From contig JBGUEB010000003.1 in the NCBI GenBank assembly GCA_041821565.1, positions 1 to 36,313 on the forward strand: a DNA stretch of 36,313 nt, written 5' to 3'. The notes under the pieces were generated by a model. The model was not told the DNA's origin. It did not search any database and saw only the letters and a list, made by a program, of their open reading frames with translations. This DNA is from Gammaproteobacteria bacterium. Its GTDB lineage: Bacteria > Pseudomonadota > Gammaproteobacteria > GCA-001735895. Every line of letters starts with the position of its first letter. Positions within the stretch are counted from its first letter, which is position 1. Shown here in pieces: positions 8,909-16,948 of the stretch. Position numbers and translations under genes: made by a program.

Positions 8909-10219
8909 TCAACCGGTTTGCCGCTGTGTTCTGTTTTTTGCTGTCTGATGCCGTTTTACGCCCTGTCGCGAACGCCCACCACCTTTCTTCGGACTGTTAG
9001 AGGTATTGTATGGTGGCTTCGATCTTTTCATTCTTACTGGCGGCAGGGGCTTCGCAAGCAAATCATTGGTGATTGCAATAGTTGGAATCGAGCGCTCGGT
9101 ATAAGCCTCGATATCCATCAAATTCATAGCATAGTCTTCGCAAGCAAAACTAATCGCATGGCCAGATTTACCAACCCGTGCGGTTCGGCCGATACGGTGA
9201 ACATAGTCTTCCCCGAGTTCCGGCAAATCATAATTAAAAATATGCGTGACATCGGGGATGTGCAGACCTCGAGAGGCAACGTCGGTTGCGACCAGGATGG
9301 CATATTCACCATCGTGGAACTTTTTCAACAGGCTTTCACGTTTGTTCTGCGGAATATCGCCAGAGATTAGCGCGGCCTGGTAGCCATTACCCTGAAGATA
9401 TTCCCATATGCGTATTGTGGCGTGCTTTGTATTGGCGAATATAATGCTGCGTTCCGGATTAAATTTTTTAATTAGCCCCAAAAGCAGTGGTATTTTCTCA
9501 CGATTTGCGGGGTGGTATACGCTCTGCTCAATGCGTTCGACCGCTGGGCTATCCGATTGAATTTTTACCAGTTGTGCCAGATTCATGTGTTCGTAGGCAA
9601 GCTCCAGTACCTTGTGCGCCATGGTAGCGGAAAACAGCATACTGAGTCGCTTATCAGGGTCTGACAGGCGCCGCAACATAAAGCGAACGTCCTGGATGAA
9701 GCCCATGTCGAACATACGGTCGGCTTCATCGAGCACCATCGCCTCGACCGATTTGAGGCTATATAATTTTTGTTTAAAAAAATCGATTAAGCGACCGGGA
9801 GTCCCAATTAGTATATCTACCTCTCTGCTAAACTGATTTTTTTGCTCTTCGTAAGCTTTGCCGCCATAGCAAATTGCGAGTTTAAGCGGGATATCCCTGA
9901 GCAGGTTCTGAGCATCCTTGTGAATCTGTATTGCCAGCTCCCGGGTTGGTGCGAGTATCAAAACCCTGGGTTTACCGATTATGGTGGGCGTTTCCCCTGC
10001 ACTCAGCAGTCGTTGGGCGCAGGCCAGTAAGAAAGCCAGGGTTTTCCCGGTGCCGGTTTGGGCCTGGCCTGAAACATCTTTCTGTGCCAGTAGCAGTGGC
10101 AGGGATTCTGCCTGAATCGGCGTGCAGAATTTAAAATTCTGTCGGTCAAGAGCAACTAACAGGCGATCGTCCAGCGGTAACGAACTGAATTCTATTTTAG
10201 TTAAATGTTGGTCGCTCAT
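8909..10219 (-). CDS. rhlB: DEAD-box RNA helicase RhlB
   Basis: CTPIQA (Q motif), AQTGTGKT, PTRELA, DEAD, SAT, HRIGRTAR; N-terminal MSDQHLT; divergent from trxA as is typical of rhlB. Confidence 0.92.
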   Translation of the reverse strand: MSDQHLTKIEFSSLPLDDRLLVALDRQNFKFCTPIQAESLPLLLAQKDVSGQAQTGTGKTLAFLLACAQRLLSAGETPTIIGKPRVLILAPTRELAIQIHKDAQNLLRDIPLKLAICYGGKAYEEQKNQFSREVDILIGTPGRLIDFFKQKLYSLKSVEAMVLDEADRMFDMGFIQDVRFMLRRLSDPDKRLSMLFSATMAHKVLELAYEHMNLAQLVKIQSDSPAVERIEQSVYHPANREKIPLLLGLIKKFNPERSIIFANTKHATIRIWEYLQGNGYQAALISGDIPQNKRESLLKKFHDGEYAILVATDVASRGLHIPDVTHIFNYDLPELGEDYVHRIGRTARVGKSGHAISFACEDYAMNLMDIEAYTERSIPTIAITNDLLAKPLPPVRMKRSKPPYNTSNSPKKGGGRSRQGVKRHQTAKNRTQRQTG

Positions 10220-10505
10220 TTTGAGGGGTAGCCGCCTGGTTAAGATCAAATGTCTATGGTAACAGATTGTTCTAGAGCTGAATAAATCATATATGAATTG
10301 ATCGGAGATTCCCTAAAGTGAAATCCTTCTGTATCTGGTTACTCTGCTACTGAGCATAGTAACTGTAACTCTAGTTTGCGTGAAATATTACAGAATGAAC
10401 CAGTTTTCGGCGAAAATTGGGCGATTTGGTTTGAAATACTGGTGAATTGTCCCTATATAGTTTGGGTCCAGTCGACAAACACAAGGCTTCGTGATCGGTG
10501 TATTG

Positions 10506-10534
10506 TTGACAGTTAAATCTGATAATATTAAATT
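10506..10534 (+). promoter_or_regulatory. Sigma70 promoter of trxA
   Basis: TTGACA(10506-10511)-17 bp-TAAATT(10529-10534), about 40 nt upstream of the GTG start. Confidence 0.65.
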
Positions 10535-10572
10535 GTCAGTCCATATGATTAGCCCCAGGGCTGGAGAAACTC

Positions 10573-10899
10573 GTGAGTGACAAAATTGTTTACCTTTCAG
10601 ACGATAGCTTTGAGACCGACGTGCTACAGGCAGACGGGCCTGTGCTGGTGGATTACTGGGCTGAATGGTGCGGACCATGCAAAATGATTGCGCCGATCCT
10701 GGAAGAGATTGCTGACGAGTACAATGGACGGGTTACTGTAGCCAAATTAAATATCGACGAAAACGCCGGAACTCCGCCAAAGTATGGAATTCGTGGAATT
10801 CCTACCTTAATGTTATTCAAGGGTGGCGCAGTCGAGGCAACTAAAGTAGGCGCCCTGTCGAAATCTCAGTTAACCGCTTTTATTGACAGCAATATTTGA
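10573..10899 (+). CDS. trxA: Thioredoxin 1
   Basis: WCGPC active site, GIPTL; GGAG RBS, GTG start; rhlB-trxA-rho synteny. Confidence 0.98.
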   Translation: MSDKIVYLSDDSFETDVLQADGPVLVDYWAEWCGPCKMIAPILEEIADEYNGRVTVAKLNIDENAGTPPKYGIRGIPTLMLFKGGAVEATKVGALSKSQLTAFIDSNI

Positions 10900-11043
10900 T
10901 TTCAGCGTGTGTCCCCAGGTTGCCCAGGGCTATCCTGGCGTCTGTCCAATTCAAGCTTTTGAGCTGAGTTATCCGGCAAGTTGGAAAGCAGTATTGTCGG
11001 ACTTCCGAATTATAACTGAATATACCAATTCAAATTTGTAGCA

Positions 11044-11075
11044 ATAAGGTCGTCCATTGTGGTAGACGACCTTAT
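11044..11075. repeat. Perfect 11-bp inverted repeat between trxA and rho (terminator or operator)
   Basis: ATAAGGTCGTC-10 nt-GACGACCTTAT; overlaps a candidate rho promoter TAGACG-17-TAGGCT. Confidence 0.7.
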
Positions 11076-11225
11076 ATTACTGTGCTAGGCTCTATTTATA
11101 AGTCGCGATCTTCCTGTTAGCGACTGCCATAAAAAACTCAAAACCGTTTCCATTTCTCTAAACCTGTTGTAGTTCAACTATTGGTTCGATCCCTTTCCGT
11201 AAACCTTCCGCCTGTGCACTCCACT

Positions 11226-12482
11226 ATGAATCTTAGCGAACTTAAGCAAAAATCCGTTCCTGACCTGATAGAAATATTTAAAGACATGGGTGGCGATCAT
11301 TCGTCGCGCATGCGTAGGCAGGACATCGTCTTCAGCATTCTGAAATCCCAGGCCAAAAAGGGTGAGGATATATTTAGCGAGGGTGTCCTCGAAATTTTGC
11401 AGGATGGATTTGGTTTTCTGCGCTCTGCTGACAGTTCATACCTGGCTGGTCCGGATGATATTTATGTATCACCAAGCCAGATCAGACGTTTTAATTTGCG
11501 TACCGGCGATACCATTAGCGGTAAAATCAGGCCGCCGAAGGACAACGAAAGATATTTTGCCCTGCTAAAAGTTGACGAGATCAACTTCGACCTGCCTGAA
11601 AACGTCAAGCACAAGGTATTATTTGAAAATCTGACGCCACTGCACGCTGAAAGCCGACTCAAACTGGAACGCGGGAATGGAAGTACCGAGGACATAACGG
11701 CACGTATCATAGATCTGGTTTCACCGATTGGTATGGGCCAACGGGGGCTGATAGTGTCGCCGCCGAAGGCGGGTAAAACTTTAATACTACAGAATATAGC
11801 GCAGAGTATTGCGAGTAATCATCCAGAATGTTATCTCATCGTTTTACTGATCGACGAGCGACCCGAAGAGGTGACTGAAATGGCACGCATGGTAAAAGGT
11901 GAAGTAGTCGCCTCTACCTTCGACGAACCGGCGAGTCGCCATGTACAGGTGGCCGAGATGGTTATTGAAAAAGCCAAGCGCCTGGTCGAGCATAAACGCG
12001 ATGTAGTCATTCTTCTCGACTCAATCACACGTCTCGCACGTGCCTATAACACGACTATTCCATCGTCCGGAAAGGTGTTAACCGGTGGTGTCGATGCGCA
12101 TGCGTTGCACCGGCCAAAACGTTTTTTTGGCGCAGCCAGGAATATCGAAGAAGGTGGAAGTCTTACCATTCTTGCTACCGCGCTGGTCGAGACCGGTTCG
12201 AAAATGGACGAAGTAATTTATGAAGAATTCAAGGGTACTGGAAACATGGAACTTCATCTCGATCGGAAGATTGCTGAGAAACGAGTATTCCCGGCAATAC
12301 ACATTAACCGTTCCGGTACTCGTCGCGAAGAACTTCTGCTGGATCCGGAAGAGTTGCAAAAAGTATGGATTTTACGCAAATTTTTACACTCGATGGATGA
12401 AATTGAAGCGATGGAATTTGTGCTTGGGCGAATGCAAAATAGCAAAACAAATGTTGAATTCTTTGACCAGATGAAAAAATAG
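11226..12482 (+). CDS. rho: Transcription termination factor Rho
   Basis: MNLSELK..., [45 protein letters not shown]; start trimmed to ATG 11226. Confidence 0.98.
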   Translation: MNLSELKQKSVPDLIEIFKDMGGDHSSRMRRQDIVFSILKSQAKKGEDIFSEGVLEILQDGFGFLRSADSSYLAGPDDIYVSPSQIRRFNLRTGDTISGKIRPPKDNERYFALLKVDEINFDLPENVKHKVLFENLTPLHAESRLKLERGNGSTEDITARIIDLVSPIGMGQRGLIVSPPKAGKTLILQNIAQSIASNHPECYLIVLLIDERPEEVTEMARMVKGEVVASTFDEPASRHVQVAEMVIEKAKRLVEHKRDVVILLDSITRLARAYNTTIPSSGKVLTGGVDAHALHRPKRFFGAARNIEEGGSLTILATALVETGSKMDEVIYEEFKGTGNMELHLDRKIAEKRVFPAIHINRSGTRREELLLDPEELQKVWILRKFLHSMDEIEAMEFVLGRMQNSKTNVEFFDQMKK

Positions 12483-12484
12483 CA

Positions 12485-12991
12485 GTGTCACTGGTTCATT
12501 CGTTTGAGCCAATTATCGGTCGAGACCCCTGTGTCCTCATTCTCGGCAGTATGCCCGGCGTAATATCCCTGCAGGCGATTGAATACTACGCTAATCCTCG
12601 TAACGCTTTCTGGAAGATTGTTGCCGAGCTGTTTGAGCTTGATATCGATTGTAGTTACGAACTGCGTGTTCAACAAATATCTGAATTACCAATAGTTCTG
12701 TGGGATACGCTGCGAGCCTGTCAGCGCCCGGGTAGTCTGGATTCCAGTATCCTCAGGCAACAAATCCAAGCGAATGACATTCGCGGGTTACTGGAACAAT
12801 ACAGTGGTCTGCGGGCAATAATTTTTAATGGTGCCGCTTCGGAAAAATATTTTAATCAACTGGTGAAGCCGCATTTACCCGCTAATCGCGAACTGGCGTT
12901 GTTGAGAATGCCTTCGACTAGCCCGGCCAATGCCGGCATGAAATTTGAACAGAAACTCCTGGCCTGGCGTCGGCTGCTGGATTATTTGTAG
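12485..12991 (+). CDS. DNA-deoxyinosine (hypoxanthine-DNA) glycosylase, UDG superfamily
   Basis: LILGSMPGVISL..YYANPRNAFW, LWD..C.RPGSLDSSI, FNG, MPSTSPANA. Confidence 0.88.
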   Translation: MSLVHSFEPIIGRDPCVLILGSMPGVISLQAIEYYANPRNAFWKIVAELFELDIDCSYELRVQQISELPIVLWDTLRACQRPGSLDSSILRQQIQANDIRGLLEQYSGLRAIIFNGAASEKYFNQLVKPHLPANRELALLRMPSTSPANAGMKFEQKLLAWRRLLDYL

Positions 12992-13008
12992 CTTAACTCA
13001 AATGTTAA

Positions 13009-13965
13009 TTATGGTTTTAACATTTGCTCACGGACATAAGCCAACGACGCTTCCGCGTTGTACACAACCTGGTCATTTTTTAAATCGACCCCGAGATCAA
13101 ACCAGAGTGCCTGCAAATCAACCAGCATCGGATCGGCACGCATTTTCTGATAGAGATTGACCAGTACCGGCACGCCGGTCGCGGCGTCTCCAGATTTGAA
13201 GATCTGCATCGGCGTGGCGTCGGACTCCATAGAATAGCCATCACTGAGGATACCCCGTAGGGCGTCACGCAGGCTCATCTGGTTGTTGGTTAGCCTTCTT
13301 ATTTCGATGTCGGCGAGCAAACAGAACATTGCGCCACCCCAGTAGGTACGACCCCAGGTCGGTGTGTGGTCCAGGCCCTCATCGCCCGCGGCTGGCAGGC
13401 CCTGGGGCATGCGATTGATAAACCCGTTCCAGACAAATTCTTCGGATAGGTAACCCTGTTGTGCGCGTGCAATGGATTCGACGTAGGTCGCCAGTCCTTC
13501 GAGCAACCAGCGATTGGAGCGCGGCACATCGGCCATCGCCAGGTGTACCATTTCATGGACCATGATCCAGTCCTTGCGCAACATCTCCTGATTAATATCT
13601 TCTCCGACTACAATTCGCAGATGGGGTGACTCGCCGCCAAAAGCCTGACCAAAACGAACCGCAAATCCACCCGCTACATTCAATTCAATCTTCAGTCGGT
13701 CAACCGGAAACCTGCCGTAGTACTGATGTACTACCTGCGCCGAATACTTTATCCATTCGAGTAGAATGTCCTGTTTCGACAGCAAAACCTTATCGCGGAT
13801 GTTAACCTCAAGTTGGCTGCTATCGATTGTCAGTCGGAAATGAGTTCGATCGATTGGTTCGATGGATATATCACTGATTCCGGCTTCGACATTCATCGAT
13901 CCGATCGTGAAAAATAACCATGCAAACAAATAATGACGCAGTAATAAGCATGGTTTCAATTTCAT
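13009..13965 (-). CDS. Putative secreted gluzincin-type zinc metallopeptidase (hypothetical family)
   Basis: Signal-peptide-like N-terminus; HEMVH followed by WLLEGLATY (third ligand Glu); TYWGG resembles the M1/M61 catalytic Tyr motif. Start uncertain. Confidence 0.65.
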   Translation of the reverse strand: MKLKPCLLLRHYLFAWLFFTIGSMNVEAGISDISIEPIDRTHFRLTIDSSQLEVNIRDKVLLSKQDILLEWIKYSAQVVHQYYGRFPVDRLKIELNVAGGFAVRFGQAFGGESPHLRIVVGEDINQEMLRKDWIMVHEMVHLAMADVPRSNRWLLEGLATYVESIARAQQGYLSEEFVWNGFINRMPQGLPAAGDEGLDHTPTWGRTYWGGAMFCLLADIEIRRLTNNQMSLRDALRGILSDGYSMESDATPMQIFKSGDAATGVPVLVNLYQKMRADPMLVDLQALWFDLGVDLKNDQVVYNAEASLAYVREQMLKP

Positions 13966-14099
13966 GCAGCAGATTCCTGGAGTTTGCACCCGGAGATAAA
14001 CAAAGGCATTATTATTTTTGCTGTTGGTTATGCCGACCCATATTGTGACTGCTTAGATTCGGCCAAGTTCAACTTCCCGTAGGCTAGCAGTTTGTCGGA

Positions 14100-14516
14100 T
14101 TACAAATCCGCTTCGGCGTCGTAACGGGGTGCCTGTGGTACAGCGTCGTACCAGTCTGCCCGATCGGGCCAGTAAATATTATCCTGCGGCCTGATACCTG
14201 GATCACTCTCGAGGCCTCCCGCGGGAATGATCAGCCTGCCGCTAGAGGCACTGATATAAGGCACCAGGGAGCCGCAGTGGGTGCAGAAAGCTTTCGATAT
14301 AACACCGGGTTCGACGGGATCATAGCGCTTCGTGAGCTCCTCTCCTGCGAGCCACTGGAGTCGGTCTTTGGTGCTGAAAATGTTAGAAGCGTGAGCCGTT
14401 CCGGTCGAGCGACGACACTGGCTGCAATGGCAGATGTGAAACGCATCAAATGGACCTCGAACTATGTACTTCACCTGGCCGCAGAGACAGGAACCCTTAA
14501 TTTCTTCATTCATCAT
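14100..14516 (-). CDS. GFA (glutathione-dependent formaldehyde-activating)/CENP-V family protein
   Basis: GSCLCG, CHCSQCRR, FCTHCGS zinc motifs. Confidence 0.92.
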   Translation of the reverse strand: MMNEEIKGSCLCGQVKYIVRGPFDAFHICHCSQCRRSTGTAHASNIFSTKDRLQWLAGEELTKRYDPVEPGVISKAFCTHCGSLVPYISASSGRLIIPAGGLESDPGIRPQDNIYWPDRADWYDAVPQAPRYDAEADL

Positions 14517-14522
14517 ATTTCC

Positions 14523-15677
14523 TCAAATCTGACTCTCAATCAGGCGTCTGGATACTTCTTCAAAACGATCTTCACTGACGTTTGCGAAGGCCAGGCGTAT
14601 AAATTGATTTTGTTGCGGACCAAAATAGCTGCCGGGCAGACTGATCAGGTCAAAATCCTGTATCAGGCGTTTGACCACTGAGCGTGATGATTCGTCAAAA
14701 GGATGTTCGATATAGGCAAAATAGGCGCCTGCAGACAGCAGACGATATTTCAACTCGGGATTTTCAAACATTGTCCTGATAGCGGCTGCCCGAAGCTGTA
14801 ATTCCCGTGCTTTTTCCAGCTTCCAGTGTTCCAGGTTCTGGAGTCCAAACAGGGCTGCTAACTGCCCAATGTGCGGTGCGCAGATCGCTGTGCAGTCCTG
14901 TATCTTGCGTAACTGCTCTAGTAACCCTGCGCCAGCGACAACCGCTCCAGTGCGGTGTCCGGTAAGGCTGTAAACCTTGGAAAAGCTATATAGATGGATG
15001 AAATTTTCACGCCAGTCGTGGTGTTCGAAAAGCCTGTGAATAGTGCTTTGAGGGTCAATAAAATCACGATAGGTCTCATCGATGATGAGTACGATATTGT
15101 GTGATCTGGCGACCTCATAAAATTGTTCGATACATTCAGGGCTGTAGGTAGAACCACTGGGATTATTGGGTGTTACGAGCACGATTGCCCTGGTTTGCGG
15201 CGAAACCAGGGAGGCTACCTGGTCGGGGTCTGGCATGGCTGTATTTGCATTGAAAGACAGGAAAGCGGGCTTTATACCCCGAATCGAAAGCCACATTAAG
15301 TGATTGAAGTAGCTGGGCAGGGGAATTATTACCTCGTCACCCTGGTCGCAAAGGCTATCAATAACCGAGCAAAATGCCTGGTTGCAGCCAGCGGTAATGA
15401 CAATATCGTCTGCGCTTACCTGGCCTTGATAGCGTGATTCTATGTTTTTCGCCAGTTCCTGGCGTAGCGGTAAAATACCGCGAATATCGGTATAGCCGGC
15501 TGCTTCACCCTTGATTATAGTTTCGCCGAGATAGTCGCGCAGCGACTGTGGCGGTAAATGGGCCGGAACTGCCTGACACATGTCGATCAATTGATGCGAG
15601 TCTGGATTGCTAACCCAGGACCATGCTTCGGCGATGGGAGCCGATGCACAGTCGAGTACATTTGGATTGAAGTTCAT
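14523..15677 (-). CDS. Class I/II PLP-dependent aminotransferase
   Basis: ITAGCNQAF, LVTPNNPSG, DETYRDF, SFSKVYSLTGHRTG, IRLAFAN. Confidence 0.92.
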   Translation of the reverse strand: MNFNPNVLDCASAPIAEAWSWVSNPDSHQLIDMCQAVPAHLPPQSLRDYLGETIIKGEAAGYTDIRGILPLRQELAKNIESRYQGQVSADDIVITAGCNQAFCSVIDSLCDQGDEVIIPLPSYFNHLMWLSIRGIKPAFLSFNANTAMPDPDQVASLVSPQTRAIVLVTPNNPSGSTYSPECIEQFYEVARSHNIVLIIDETYRDFIDPQSTIHRLFEHHDWRENFIHLYSFSKVYSLTGHRTGAVVAGAGLLEQLRKIQDCTAICAPHIGQLAALFGLQNLEHWKLEKARELQLRAAAIRTMFENPELKYRLLSAGAYFAYIEHPFDESSRSVVKRLIQDFDLISLPGSYFGPQQNQFIRLAFANVSEDRFEEVSRRLIESQI

Positions 15678-15776
15678 CTTGTCGGATCGGGAGTTCGAAT
15701 TGAGGTGAATTATACAGACATACGATGAAAACCGGTGGTCATTGTGGAATAATGCTGCTCCTCGTTTTTTGGAAGC

Positions 15777-16223
15777 ATGTTGATGAAATATTTACATACC
15801 ATGGTAAGAGTAAACAACCTCGAGCAATCACTATTCTTTTACTGTGATGTTTTGGGTCTGGTGGAGACCGACCGCTACGAAAGTGAGGCGGGTGAATTTA
15901 CTCTGGTTTATCTGGCGGCACCGGACGATATAACCCAGGCGAATGCCGAGCGCTCACCACTACTGGAGTTAACCTATAATTGGGATGGTGAGGTATATAG
16001 CGGCGGTCGAAACTTTGGTCACCTGGCTTATGAAGTAGATGATATTTACGCTTTATGTCAAAAAGTAGTGGATCATAATATTACCCTCAACGTTCCTCCG
16101 GGCGATGGCCACATGGCATTTTTCCGCTCGCCTGACAATGTATCGATTGAACTACTGCAAAAAGGAGAGCCGCTGCTGCCCAGCGAGCCCTGGACTTCGA
16201 TGCCGGTAAGCGGGGAGTGGTAA
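15777..16223 (+). CDS. gloA: Lactoylglutathione lyase (glyoxalase I), VOC family
   Basis: YLHTMVRV, LELTYNW, GRNFGHLAYEVDDIY, MAFFRSPDNVSIELLQ; start may be 15783. Confidence 0.88.
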   Translation: MLMKYLHTMVRVNNLEQSLFFYCDVLGLVETDRYESEAGEFTLVYLAAPDDITQANAERSPLLELTYNWDGEVYSGGRNFGHLAYEVDDIYALCQKVVDHNITLNVPPGDGHMAFFRSPDNVSIELLQKGEPLLPSEPWTSMPVSGEW

Positions 16224-16253
16224 GTTTGTAATCTTGAGTCTGGAGCGATTTGC

Positions 16254-16793
16254 ATGGCTTTAGCACAGTATTTACACGGCAGTTATTTTTCGATTGAGAA
16301 TCCGCTACGGCTGTTTGATCGCTGGATAAACCCTTATTGTCATGAATGCCTTGTTCGACTGGGAGAAAAAGAACTACTGGTAAAGTGGAGCGCGCGTGCC
16401 GAAGAGGCACTTTCGTATAAATCGGAGCCTTTAATCGTTGAAATGCAGCTTTATTTTTCCTGCGTAGTGAAGAAGCGGATTGTTTTCCACGATCAGGCTA
16501 GCTTTGAAACCCTGGCGGTAAATGAGCGTTTACAGATAGCGTTTCGCTCGATCCGGGCAGCCAAATGCGACCCGCAAGAATTTGCCAGAAACTATCCACC
16601 CGGAGGCGTGCTGGATTCCCCTGCCGCTGCCAAAATGATTCCCTCATGGTTGGGCCTGGATTTCAGACAGGGGCAGTGGCAAGCTGAGTTTGGTTATCAG
16701 GTTCAAGAACCAAAAAACAAAAAAACCAGGACACCGATAGTAGGGCTACTATCAGGTGCCTGGTTCAAGGTTACGACCGAAGAGCGCGGGTAA
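16254..16793 (+). CDS. Hypothetical protein
   Basis: 179-aa ORF with protein-like core (PLIVEMQLYFSCVVKKRIVF...PSWLGLDFRQGQWQAEFGY); the last ~31 codons run through the RNA repeat and look non-native. Confidence 0.7.
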   Translation: MALAQYLHGSYFSIENPLRLFDRWINPYCHECLVRLGEKELLVKWSARAEEALSYKSEPLIVEMQLYFSCVVKKRIVFHDQASFETLAVNERLQIAFRSIRAAKCDPQEFARNYPPGGVLDSPAAAKMIPSWLGLDFRQGQWQAEFGYQVQEPKNKKTRTPIVGLLSGAWFKVTTEERG

Positions 16794-16800
16794 CACTAAT
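16711..16800 (-). ncRNA. Candidate structured RNA element, distal copy (hairpin with CGCUCUU loop plus intrinsic terminator)
   Basis: Minus strand AUUAGU-GUUAC-CCG-CGCUCUU-CGG-UC-GUAAC-CUUG-AACCAGGCACCUGAUAGUA-GCCC-UACUAUCGGUGUCCUGGUU-UUUUUGUUUUUU; duplicate of 16860-16948. Confidence 0.55.
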
Positions 16801-16859
16801 TTGTTTCTAGCCGCCAGTATCCCAAAGTTGATTTCAATTATGCTCAGTTGTGTAACGGG

Positions 16860-16948
16860 CAAACAACAAACGAACCAGATACCAGTAAGTGTTCAACTAC
16901 CTGGTATCTGGCCCAAAGTTACAACCGAAGAGCGCGTGTAACACTAAT
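16860..16948 (-). ncRNA. Candidate structured RNA element, proximal copy beginning at the nrdB stop codon
   Basis: Minus strand AUUAGU-GUUACA-CG-CGCUCUU-CG-GU-UGUAAC-UUU-GGGCCAGAUACCAG...CUGGUAUCUGGUUC-GUUUGUUGUUU; 32/35 nt identical to the distal copy over the first hairpin region. Confidence 0.55.

Noticed and set aside
10449-10466. NrdR-like box upstream of trxA (TCCCTATATAGTTTGG)
   Set aside because: Single, degenerate right half and no partner at 31-32 bp.
13009-14516. Horizontally acquired island (locally GC-richer by eye)
   Set aside because: No integrase, tRNA, flanking direct repeats or IS ends; composition was not computed.
16711-16948. Mini CRISPR array
   Set aside because: Only two units; similarity and pairing extend through what would be the spacer; no cas genes in the window.
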